Assembly (NCBI GenBank): GCA_023398335.1
Contig: JAEWSJ010000009.1
Span: 55,567-119,566 of the forward strand
Direction of reading: 5' to 3'
Length of the DNA: 64,000 nucleotides
Origin: Bacillota bacterium
GTDB taxonomy: Bacteria; Bacillota_I; Bacilli_A; RFN20; CAG-288
Position 1 is the first letter of the stretch, and each line of letters starts with the position of its first letter. Below are positions 1-8,418 of the stretch, one piece after another. Both the position numbers and the translations under genes were made by a program. The notes under the pieces were generated by a model. The model was not told the DNA's origin and ran no database searches. It was given only the letters and a program-made list of their open reading frames with translations.

Positions 1-78
1 AGAAAGAAATATTGAAGAAAATAATCCTTTCGCAAAACTTAAAGATCTAAAATAACAAGTAATACTTGATAATAAAAT

Positions 79-110
79 AAAGCAACATAATTAGTTGCTT
101 TATTTTTTTA
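79..110 (+). terminator. Rho-independent terminator for an upstream gene; a CDS tail appears to end at about 55
   Basis: Hairpin aagcaac/gttgctt (80-86 / 94-100) followed by a T-run at 101-109. Confidence 0.5.
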
Positions 111-128
111 TGAAAAAACATAAAAAAC

Positions 129-157
129 TTGAAACTTATGTATAATAATGGTATATT
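129..157 (+). promoter_or_regulatory. sigma-A type promoter of the mraZ operon
   Basis: TTGAAA (129-134), 17 bp spacer, TGgTATATT extended -10 (149-157). A TGTATAAT at 139-146 is an alternative extended -10. Confidence 0.5.
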
Positions 158-181
158 GTGGTTAAGAGTGGAGGAAAGTGG
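158..181 (+). promoter_or_regulatory. Putative MraZ operator: three GTGG direct repeats at exact 10 bp spacing
   Basis: GTGG at 158-161, 168-171 and 178-181, between the -10 element and the mraZ ATG. MraZ family repressors bind GTG-containing direct repeats with 10 bp periodicity. Confidence 0.5.
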
Positions 182-182
182 A

Positions 183-620
183 ATGTTTGTTGGTCAATCT
201 CAGCATACTTTAGACGATAAACTTCGTATAGTATTACCAGCAAAAATGCGTAATCAACTTTCGACTACTGTATATTTATCATTTGATTTAGACCACTGTA
301 TTGCCATATACGCGGAGAATGATTATCAAGTAAAAGCAACTGAGATGTCAAAGCTTGACGACTTTAACCCAGAAGCAAGAGCAGTTAAAAGAGTTTTCTT
401 TTCAAACTCATTTGAAACAACAGTTGATAAACAAGGCCGTATATCAATACCTAAGTTTTTATTAACGAAAGCATCAATTAACAAAGATGTTGTAATTGTT
501 GGATCATACGACCGCATACAAATTTTTTCCAGAGAAGCTTTTGAAACTGAATTAAAAGAAGATGAGACAAATTATGAAAGTCTTGCCAGTAAGGTAAATA
601 GTTTAAAGTATGGAAAGTAA
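183..620 (+). CDS. mraZ: Transcriptional regulator MraZ
   Basis: Protein starts MFVGQSQHTLDDKLRIVLPAKMR, the typical MraZ N-terminus. ATG at 183 follows RBS GGAGGAAAG. The track ORF starts from a TTG at 129 and is over-extended. Confidence 0.85.
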   Translation: MFVGQSQHTLDDKLRIVLPAKMRNQLSTTVYLSFDLDHCIAIYAENDYQVKATEMSKLDDFNPEARAVKRVFFSNSFETTVDKQGRISIPKFLLTKASINKDVVIVGSYDRIQIFSREAFETELKEDETNYESLASKVNSLKYGK

Positions 621-1551
621 TTACCACAATCCTGTACTATTGAATGAAGTTCTAGCAGGACTAGATATTAAAGAGAATTCAATATGCGTCGATATGACAT
701 TAGGAAGAGGAGGTCACTCTTCTGAAATGCTAAAAATATGTAAAAAAGGTCATTTATACGCTGTTGATAAAGATTTAACCGCACTTGATTATTCAAAAAA
801 CAGATTATCAGCCATTGGAAATAACTTCAGTTTATTTCAAGGTGACTACTCATCCTTCCCAGATGTACTAAAAGAGAACGGTGTTGTTAGAGCAGATGCA
901 ATTCTTTATGACATTGGTGTTTCCTCACCACAGTTTGATAATCCAGAACGTGGGTTCTCATATAGATTTGATGCTCCTCTAGATATGAGAATGAATATGG
1001 AGCAAAAAAAAGATGCTTACTTTGTCGTAAATACCTATACATTTGAAGAGTTAAGAAGAATTATCTCAGAGTATGGGGAAGACAAAAATGCTAGTAGGAT
1101 AGCTAAATCAATTGTTGAAAGAAGAGTAAAAAGACCTATTAGTTCAACGTTTGATTTAGTTGATGTAATCAAATCCTGTTTACCAAGTTTTGTACTAAAT
1201 AAACAAGGACATCCTGCAAAGCAAACCTTCCAAGCTATAAGATACGAAGTTAACAACGAGAAAGAAGAGTTGGTCAACGGTCTTAGAAAAGGCATTGAGA
1301 TGCTAAGCGTGAATGGAAGACTTGCTATTATAACCTTTAACTCAGCCGAAGATAAAGCAGTTAAAGATATGTTTAAGGAATATACATCTATTCCTTCTCA
1401 AAACAGGCACTTACCTCCTGTCTTAGGCCAAAACAAACCTAAGTATATACTTGTAAATAGGAAACCAATTTCTCCATCAGATGAAGAAATTGAAGATAAT
1501 CCACGTTGCAAGCCAAGTAAGTTAAGAATTATAGAAAGGATCAGTGAGTAA
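610..1551 (+). CDS. rsmH: 16S rRNA (cytosine1402-N4)-methyltransferase RsmH (MraW)
   Basis: SAM-MTase motifs (DMTLGRGGHS, DIGVSSPQFD). Overlaps mraZ as in dcw clusters. Confidence 0.9.
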   Translation: MESNYHNPVLLNEVLAGLDIKENSICVDMTLGRGGHSSEMLKICKKGHLYAVDKDLTALDYSKNRLSAIGNNFSLFQGDYSSFPDVLKENGVVRADAILYDIGVSSPQFDNPERGFSYRFDAPLDMRMNMEQKKDAYFVVNTYTFEELRRIISEYGEDKNASRIAKSIVERRVKRPISSTFDLVDVIKSCLPSFVLNKQGHPAKQTFQAIRYEVNNEKEELVNGLRKGIEMLSVNGRLAIITFNSAEDKAVKDMFKEYTSIPSQNRHLPPVLGQNKPKYILVNRKPISPSDEEIEDNPRCKPSKLRIIERISE

Positions 1552-1553
1552 TT

Positions 1554-1775
1554 ATGAAACAAATGAAAGAAAAATTAGTAAAAAATCATTACAAGGGCTT
1601 TGATAGAAAAGTTAAAGTTTTAAGTATTTCATCTGCAATTGTTATGTGCGCTGCAATCTGTACATTCTTGCCATTGTCAGTAAGTTTGGAAAGAAGTGTA
1701 GAACAAGCAAAAACACAAGAAGTCCAAAATGATTTCAATAAAAATAACGAACAAATTATTATTCCAAAAGAATAA
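1554..1775 (+). CDS. Small bitopic membrane protein, FtsL-like by position
   Basis: 73 aa with a short cytoplasmic N-terminus and one TM helix, directly after rsmH. No pbp/mur genes follow. Confidence 0.45.
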   Translation: MKQMKEKLVKNHYKGFDRKVKVLSISSAIVMCAAICTFLPLSVSLERSVEQAKTQEVQNDFNKNNEQIIIPKE

Positions 1776-1796
1776 GTAATAGAATTTCCTTCATAC

Positions 1797-1828
1797 AAAA
1801 AACAACTGATTAATTCAGTTGTTTTTTT
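1797..1828 (+). terminator. Rho-independent terminator of the mraZ-rsmH-ftsL unit
   Basis: caactga/tcagttg hairpin flanked by an A-run and followed by T7. Confidence 0.6.
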
Positions 1829-1831
1829 AAT

Positions 1832-1865
1832 AAAGAAAAAGATGGAGCTAGTTTCTAGCTCCATC
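1832..1865 (-). terminator. Rho-independent terminator of thrS (convergent)
   Basis: gatggagctag/ctagctccatc 11 bp stem. On the minus strand it is followed by a U-run (plus-strand A-run 1836-1840). Confidence 0.6.
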
Positions 1866-1875
1866 AATAAATATA

Positions 1876-3786
1876 TTATTTTTGTACTCTGTAGAATTGT
1901 TTTGTATCAATATCATGACGTATTAATTTAATAAAATCGTCTAATGATACGGTAACTTGTTCTTGAGTACCAAGAATACGATAAGTAACTGTGTTGTTAT
2001 CTTTTTCTTTATCTCCTATAACAAGAGTGTAAGGAACTTTTTTAACTTGACAGTCACGAATCTTATAACCAACTTTTTCTCCTCTATCATCAACTTCAGA
2101 TCTGATTCTAGCGTTGAGAAGAGCTTCATTAACTTTATTTGCATAATCGAGGTGGAAGTTGTTATTTACTGGAAGAATAACGACTTGTTTAGGACTTAAC
2201 CATGTTGGAAATGCACCTTTAAAGTGTTCTGTAATAATACCGGTAAATCTTTCAATAGAGCCGAATATTGCTCTGTGAATCATTAATGGGGTGACTTTGT
2301 CGCCATTTTGATCAATATATGTGCAATCAAAGCGGCTAGGAAGTTGCATATCTAATTGAATTGTTCCACATTGCCAAATTCTATTTAATGAATCTCTTAA
2401 TTTAAAGTCAAGTTTTGGCCCATAAAAAGCACCATCACCTGGATTAATCTTATAATCAATATTGAAATCTTTTAAGCATTTTTCCAATATCTCTTCAGCT
2501 TTATTCCATGTTTCAATTTTTCCGATAAAACTATCAGGTCTAGTTGATAAAACAATGTAATATGGTAAATTAAATGTTTTATAGATACGATCATATAAAC
2601 TTAATAAGTGTCTAATTTCAGATTCGATTTGATCTTCTCTTAATAATGTATGAGCATCATCTTGAGTAAAGCATCTAACTCTAAACAATCCGTTTAACGC
2701 TCCAGAAGCTTCGTGACGATGGACAAGACCTAATTCGCCTATACGAATAGGTAATTCTTTATATGAGTGAATATCATTCTTATAGACTAATATTGCGCCT
2801 GGGCAATTCATTGGTTTAATTGCAAATGTGTTTTCATCAACTTGAGTTGTGTACATATTTTCTTTGTAATGATCCCAGTGACCTGAGGTTTCCCATAATT
2901 CCTTAGATAGCATTATTGGAGTTCTAACAAAAATATAGTTTTCTTTTGCGTGAATATCGTACCAGAAGTTCTCTAATTCTCTTCTAAGAATCATGCCATT
3001 TGGTAACCAAAATGGAAATCCAGGACCATAATCAGAAATCATGAATAAACCTAATTCTTTACCAAGCTTACGGTGATCACTTTCTTTTCTTTCTTCAAGA
3101 AGCTTTAAGTATGCATCAAGATCTTCCTTAGAGAAGAAACAAGTGCCATAAACTCTTGTTAATTGTTCGTTGTTTTTATCGCCTTTAAAATATGCTCCAG
3201 CAATGGACATAAGCTTAAATGCTTTACAAAGAGCGGTAGAAGCGACATGAGGTCCTCGACAAAGATCAGTGAAATCTCCTTGTGAATAAACTGTTATAGT
3301 TCCTTTTAATTCTTCTAAGTGAATAAGTTTGAATTTTTGATCCTTAAAAATCTTTTTTCCTTCTTCTACAGATATTTCTTTTCTTTCGATTGGAAGTCCG
3401 GATTTTACAATTTTATCCATTTCCTTTTCGATTGCTTTAAAATCATTTTCGGAAATAGGAGTGTTTGTTTTAACATCATAGTAATATCCTTCTTCAACGG
3501 ATGGACCATATGCAAATTGAGCTTCAGGGAAAATATGCTTAATTGCTTGGGCCATGATATGTGCACAAGAATGATTTAATATATCAAGAGCTTCTTTTGA
3601 TTCTTTTGTAACAATTTCAAATTTACAATCTTCCGAAATAGGTAATCTGAAATCTTGAATCTCGTCATTGATTTTAACAGCGATTACTTTCTTCGGAAGT
3701 GAAACAGAGATTCTTGCTGCAATCTCTAAACCCGTCAGTCCATCTTCAACTTCTAAAACTTTACCATCTAATAGTGTTAGTTTCAT
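1876..3786 (-). CDS. thrS: Threonyl-tRNA synthetase
   Basis: 636 aa with TGS, editing and class II core domains. Sequence is diagnostic of ThrRS. Confidence 0.95.
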   Translation of the reverse strand: MKLTLLDGKVLEVEDGLTGLEIAARISVSLPKKVIAVKINDEIQDFRLPISEDCKFEIVTKESKEALDILNHSCAHIMAQAIKHIFPEAQFAYGPSVEEGYYYDVKTNTPISENDFKAIEKEMDKIVKSGLPIERKEISVEEGKKIFKDQKFKLIHLEELKGTITVYSQGDFTDLCRGPHVASTALCKAFKLMSIAGAYFKGDKNNEQLTRVYGTCFFSKEDLDAYLKLLEERKESDHRKLGKELGLFMISDYGPGFPFWLPNGMILRRELENFWYDIHAKENYIFVRTPIMLSKELWETSGHWDHYKENMYTTQVDENTFAIKPMNCPGAILVYKNDIHSYKELPIRIGELGLVHRHEASGALNGLFRVRCFTQDDAHTLLREDQIESEIRHLLSLYDRIYKTFNLPYYIVLSTRPDSFIGKIETWNKAEEILEKCLKDFNIDYKINPGDGAFYGPKLDFKLRDSLNRIWQCGTIQLDMQLPSRFDCTYIDQNGDKVTPLMIHRAIFGSIERFTGIITEHFKGAFPTWLSPKQVVILPVNNNFHLDYANKVNEALLNARIRSEVDDRGEKVGYKIRDCQVKKVPYTLVIGDKEKDNNTVTYRILGTQEQVTVSLDDFIKLIRHDIDTKQFYRVQK

Positions 3787-4035
3787 TTTATATATCCTCC
3801 TTAAAATAAAAAAAGCACCTCAGGGCGAATTTTAATCCGCGGTGCCACCTGAATTCATCTAACCGATTGTTAGATATCTTTAATTTTCTTTTTCGTGTAG
3901 AAATAACGTCTAATTGCTTAGATAGCTCAGAAGTGGTATTTGTTTTTATATGTTTCCATTCCAGCGAGACATAAGGAAACTCTCTTTTAGTCTTAAAACA
4001 AACGTGTCTTCGTCTTAGCTATCTAAAGTATATAT
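3787..4035 (-). promoter_or_regulatory. T-box riboswitch leader of thrS
   Basis: Reverse complement of 3837-3855 reads AATTCAGGTGGCACCGCGG, matching the T-box consensus AATTAGGGTGGTACCGCGG. A terminator hairpin plus U7 sits just upstream of the RBS. A stem I AGAGA motif is present, and an ACC (Thr) candidate specifier is followed by A. Confidence 0.8.
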
Positions 4036-4119
4036 CAAAAATCATTAAAAATGCAATATAATGACGATTAAACCATGAAAAAAGTTTATCAGTTTTACCC
4101 GATAAACTAAGAGGTTCTT

Positions 4120-4995
4120 TTATTCTTTTTCAAGAAGACCTAGCGCAAGAGAAGTAGCTCCCATTAAGCCAGCGTCTTGGTCAAATAACGCATATTTAAT
4201 TTGGATTTTTTTAACTGGATAAGGAGCGATAAATGCATTTGCTACTGACTCGATATCTTCATCAAATAAATCGCGTGATTTCATTACTCCACCAGATAAG
4301 ATGATGCAATCAGGATTGTAATTAAGTTGAACGTTTGCAATAAATGAAGATACAATTTGAATCCATGTATCATAGATAGCTAACGCTTTAATGTCTTTGT
4401 TTCTTACTAATTGGAAGAAATCAACGCCACCAGATACTTCTAATCCATTAATTTTAGATAAGAATACAAGTCCGTTACCAGAAGCGATTTGTTCAAATTC
4501 ATAATATCTATTGTTATATCCAATATAATTATGTCCACATTCAAATGGAAGATCTATTAATTCATGATTAACAACTAGACCACATCCTATTCCTGAAGAA
4601 ATTGTAATGAAGAAAGATGTTTTATCATCTTTTGCACAACCACGTAATGATTCCATGTAGCCTGAACAAGTTGCGTCATTTGCAATCTTAACCTTGTAGT
4701 TAGGGAAATCTGTTTCTATCAATTTTGCTAAATCAAAGTCGGATATTTTTAGATTTGGTAGAAAATCTATTTTGTTATAACTTGTTAAACCACAGGCGGA
4801 AACTCCAACATATTTTAAATTTGTTTTTCCTTTTGTGACTTCTTTTAACATTCGTTTAATTTGATCATAAAGTAAATCCGAATCATATTTAGTTGTCTTT
4901 TCTCTTAAAACTTTGATAATATTAAGATTTTCGTCAACTATTCCAACTCTTAAATTTGTAGCTCCTAAGTCTATTGCAATTACTTCTCGTGTCAT
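4120..4995 (-). CDS. ROK family sugar kinase (glucokinase-like)
   Basis: N-terminal DLGATNLRVG ATPase motif and ROK signature. Overlaps the pyk stop by 4 nt. Confidence 0.75.
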   Translation of the reverse strand: MTREVIAIDLGATNLRVGIVDENLNIIKVLREKTTKYDSDLLYDQIKRMLKEVTKGKTNLKYVGVSACGLTSYNKIDFLPNLKISDFDLAKLIETDFPNYKVKIANDATCSGYMESLRGCAKDDKTSFFITISSGIGCGLVVNHELIDLPFECGHNYIGYNNRYYEFEQIASGNGLVFLSKINGLEVSGGVDFFQLVRNKDIKALAIYDTWIQIVSSFIANVQLNYNPDCIILSGGVMKSRDLFDEDIESVANAFIAPYPVKKIQIKYALFDQDAGLMGATSLALGLLEKE

Positions 4996-6443
4996 AAATC
5001 TATATTTGTCTCCTTTTCAGCGATTGATATAACTTTCATGAAATTAGTTTTACCTGCACCAACTGGTGTACCTCCAGTAATAATTACCTTACTACCTTTA
5101 GGAATATTATATTGTTTTGCAATGTGAATTGCGAGTACTTCCATTTCTTCAATAAATTGAGGAACGTGTTTTACTAATTTTGGATAAACACCCCAACCCA
5201 TCATTCCTGATATACAAGCCGAGCGTTTATTTGATACTTCTATAATTGGACAAACTGGACGACATTTTGAAAGACGCTTAGCAGTTGAACCAGTTTCGGA
5301 AAAGCAAACAATAAGTTGAGCGTTTAAAAGAAGAGCTGTATTACTAACAGCATTCGCTAAAGCATCATTTAATGTCTTATTTGATGTTTCATAAGCTTCA
5401 TGGCCTAAGGTTTCATAATCCAAACATGTTTCCATTTTACGAGCAATTCGCGCTTGCATGGCACATGCTTCAACAGGGTATTCACCAGAAGCGGATTCAG
5501 CTGATAACATTACACTATCAGTTGATTCCATAACAGCTGTAGCTACATCACTGACTTCAGCTCTAGTTGGATTTGGATTTTCCTTCATTGAATCAAGCAT
5601 TTGTGTTGCGGTAATTACCGGTTTTCCAAGGACACGACATTTGTGAATCATCTCTCTTTGAATTACAGGAACATCCTCTGGCAATACTTCAACACCTAAA
5701 TCACCTCTAGCAACCATAAGACCGTCACTAGCTTCAATTATAGAATTTAAGTTAGCAACAGCTTCGGTATTTTCAACTTTAGAAATAATTTTTATATCAC
5801 TGCCACCATGAGAATCTAAGACAGCTCTAATATCTTGAATATCTTTTACATCTCTAACAAAAGATGCTGCAATATAATCAACATGATTTTCACAACCCCA
5901 TACAAGATCATTAAAATCTTTTTCGGATATATATGGTAATGTTAAATGTGTTTCTGGACAATTAACTCCACGTCTATTCTTTATAATATGGTGATTAAGT
6001 GCTTTTGTAATAATACATTTTTCTTTATCGTCTTTACCTGTAATTTCGAGTCCGAGATTACCATCATCTAATCTGATAGAATCACCAACTTTTACATCAT
6101 TAAATAATCCTGGATATGTAACAGAGAATTTAGTATTATCACCGATTATTTCATTCATGTAAATCTTAATTTCATCACCGGTTTCAATCATTGCTTGATC
6201 ACCTACGAAGACTCCAGTTCTAATTTCTGGTCCTTTAGTATCGAGCATGACAGGAATAATAATACCTTTTTCTTTTTCTATTTCACGTATTGTTTGTAAT
6301 TTTGCACCATGTTCTTCATAAGAACCATGAGAAAAATTTAAACGAGCAACATTCATTCCAGCGTCAATAAGTTTTAAAAGGACTTCTTTTGTTTGACTGG
6401 CTGGACCAATTGTGCATACTATTTTTGTTTTTTTATTAATCAT
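4992..6443 (-). CDS. pyk: Pyruvate kinase (short form, no C-terminal PEP-utiliser domain)
   Basis: 483 aa with canonical PK motifs. The pfkA-pyk operon order matches B. subtilis. Confidence 0.95.
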   Translation of the reverse strand: MINKKTKIVCTIGPASQTKEVLLKLIDAGMNVARLNFSHGSYEEHGAKLQTIREIEKEKGIIIPVMLDTKGPEIRTGVFVGDQAMIETGDEIKIYMNEIIGDNTKFSVTYPGLFNDVKVGDSIRLDDGNLGLEITGKDDKEKCIITKALNHHIIKNRRGVNCPETHLTLPYISEKDFNDLVWGCENHVDYIAASFVRDVKDIQDIRAVLDSHGGSDIKIISKVENTEAVANLNSIIEASDGLMVARGDLGVEVLPEDVPVIQREMIHKCRVLGKPVITATQMLDSMKENPNPTRAEVSDVATAVMESTDSVMLSAESASGEYPVEACAMQARIARKMETCLDYETLGHEAYETSNKTLNDALANAVSNTALLLNAQLIVCFSETGSTAKRLSKCRPVCPIIEVSNKRSACISGMMGWGVYPKLVKHVPQFIEEMEVLAIHIAKQYNIPKGSKVIITGGTPVGAGKTNFMKVISIAEKETNIDL

Positions 6444-6502
6444 TTTAAAAATCCTTTACTATAAAAATATTTTAACATAAACGTAATAATAAGATATATT
6501 CT

Positions 6503-7480
6503 TTATTCCAATATTCTTCCGATTTTAACGAATTCTTCAGAACTCTTTCTTGGAAATTTTAAGGCGTCTTGGATATTAAAATAAGATAATTTATTATTCA
6601 CAATACCAACGCATGAAGAAGAAATACCTCGCTTAAGCAATTCAACGGCATATTCTCCTAAACGTGAAGCAAGGATTCTGTCTGCAGCGGTAGGTGTTCC
6701 ACCTCTTTGCATATGGCCAAGAACTTCAGCTTTAGTTTCAAAGCCACACTTATTTTCAATTTCGCGTGCAAATTCATGAACATCACATACTTTTTCAGAA
6801 ATGATAATCATCGCGTGTTTCTTTCCATGATCTCTTTGTTCTTTTAATATATTAATAACTTCATCTTTTGTCATAGGTAAATCATTTGTAATTGTTAATT
6901 CAGCACCGCATGCTAAACCAGCATAAGCGGCCAAATCACCACATCTATTTCCCATTACTTCAATAATTGAGCAACGTTGATGAGAAGAGGAGGTATCTCT
7001 AAGTCTATCGACACATTCAACAATTGTATTAAGTGCAGTATCAAAGCCGATAGTAACATCGGTTGAGGCAATATCGTTATCGATTGTGCCTGGAACACCA
7101 ATGCAATTAATACCGAGTTTGGAGAGAGCTTGTGCTCCCATATATGTACCATCGCCACCGATGCACACTAAAGCATCAATTCCAATTTCTTTGAGAATAT
7201 CAGCGGCCTTTTTTTGAACTTCAGGATCTTTAAATTCTGGTAAACGTGCAGTACCCAAAATGGTACCACCTCTATTGATAATATCCGAAACTGAATGTCT
7301 ATTCATTTTGACTATGTTCTTTTCCAATATACCTTTATATCCATCGTAAATAGCATATGCTTCTAGTCCATATACTAAGCATGTTCTAACAATTGCTCTA
7401 ACACATGCATTCATTCCTGGTGCATCTCCACCACTAGTTAATATTCCAACTTTTTTAACCATAATAAAATCTCCTATCAA
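6503..7480 (-). CDS. pfkA: ATP-dependent 6-phosphofructokinase
   Basis: GGDGS-like motifs (TSGGDAPGMN, GGDGTY). Confidence 0.95.
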   Translation of the reverse strand: MIGDFIMVKKVGILTSGGDAPGMNACVRAIVRTCLVYGLEAYAIYDGYKGILEKNIVKMNRHSVSDIINRGGTILGTARLPEFKDPEVQKKAADILKEIGIDALVCIGGDGTYMGAQALSKLGINCIGVPGTIDNDIASTDVTIGFDTALNTIVECVDRLRDTSSSHQRCSIIEVMGNRCGDLAAYAGLACGAELTITNDLPMTKDEVINILKEQRDHGKKHAMIIISEKVCDVHEFAREIENKCGFETKAEVLGHMQRGGTPTAADRILASRLGEYAVELLKRGISSSCVGIVNNKLSYFNIQDALKFPRKSSEEFVKIGRILE

Positions 7481-7631
7481 TATAATTTTAACAACAAGAA
7501 AAGTATTTACAAGAAAAACAATCTTGGTAAGCGATTACATTAATTTTACTTTTAATGATTTATTAAATAATTATACAAAACATCATGATTTATTAGATTT
7601 TAAATATATATTTGTTTTCTATTGTTAATGA

Positions 7632-8309
7632 TTAATCTTTTTTTGATTTATGATTAAAGAAATAATTTTCCATTTCTTTTAATATTGAATTTTTGTTTGA
7701 CTTAAGTTTATTCTTTCTATCAAGCTTAAACTGTTCAAAAGAAATGATAATCTTGCTGTTCTTTGCAATTTTTGAAACTTTAGTCGCAAGAGAAGTAGAA
7801 TCGATGAAGTCGTATAACATCAAGCCATAAAAAACACCTAAAAAGAATTCGAGATAGACTTCATATTTAATAAAAAATGTTACCATAATTTCGTTATAGT
7901 GGTGAATGAAGAGATAATAGATAGCTCCACAGATTGCCCAAATTAAAGAAAACAAAGGACAAATTATCCCTTTGTAATTTCCTTTTCTATTGGAATAATC
8001 CCATAGCTTAATATTCATTCCTTTAATAAAAATCAATCCAGCAATTAACTCTATCAAAGTAACTCCTATACCAATTATACATATTACTAAAATGGATTTG
8101 ATATAGTAGTTATCAATTCCGTAATTCAATGAGGAAAACAAATATAAAACACATACTCCAAAACCGTATAACGGGATATATGGACCGTGTAAAAATCCTG
8201 GGTTAATCCATTTTTTGGCTGATACGAATCTTCTAAAAAGTACTTCAATTAGATAGCCAATTGATGAGCCAAAGAAGAATAGAAAGGCATATGTTAAGAA
8301 TGTGTCCAT
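7632..8309 (-). CDS. Polytopic integral membrane protein of unknown function
   Basis: 225 aa with about 5 TM helices and a Lys-rich C-terminal tail. Divergent from dnaB-like. Confidence 0.5.
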   Translation of the reverse strand: MDTFLTYAFLFFFGSSIGYLIEVLFRRFVSAKKWINPGFLHGPYIPLYGFGVCVLYLFSSLNYGIDNYYIKSILVICIIGIGVTLIELIAGLIFIKGMNIKLWDYSNRKGNYKGIICPLFSLIWAICGAIYYLFIHHYNEIMVTFFIKYEVYLEFFLGVFYGLMLYDFIDSTSLATKVSKIAKNSKIIISFEQFKLDRKNKLKSNKNSILKEMENYFFNHKSKKD

Positions 8310-8418
8310 AGTTTTAACTCCTATATATCTATTTAAAACCTAAATATGTTATTTTTCAATATTTCATTGCTATGAATATTTTGTTAATCTATAATTTATA
8401 GGTAGGGAGATTTAAAGA

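Noticed and set aside
129-182. N-terminal extension of mraZ (MKLMYNNGILWLRVEESG) from a TTG start
   Set aside because: The extension overlaps the promoter and operator and has no RBS. The conserved MraZ N-terminus begins at the ATG at 183, which has a good RBS.
326-517. Antisense and short internal ORFs in the track (e.g. 326-517, 1035-1295, 1589-1867, 1957-2199, 3319-3579, 5458-5646, 6955-7158, 8396-8689, 14869-15123, 16422-16637, 18656-18841, 20581-20766, 24172-24357, 25073-25255, 27338-27553, 28781-28963, 29389-29652, 31354-31686, 31444-31656, 33244-33566, 35924-36691, 38010-38240, 40195-40656, 41456-41644, 42965-43210, 46593-46835, 47721-48068, 48849-49127, 53605-53811, 56222-56494, 59567-59761, 60034-60222, 61027-61305, 62533-62912)
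   Set aside because: They are embedded in or antisense to well-supported conserved genes. Their composition is low-complexity with no motifs, as expected of chance ORFs in AT-rich DNA.
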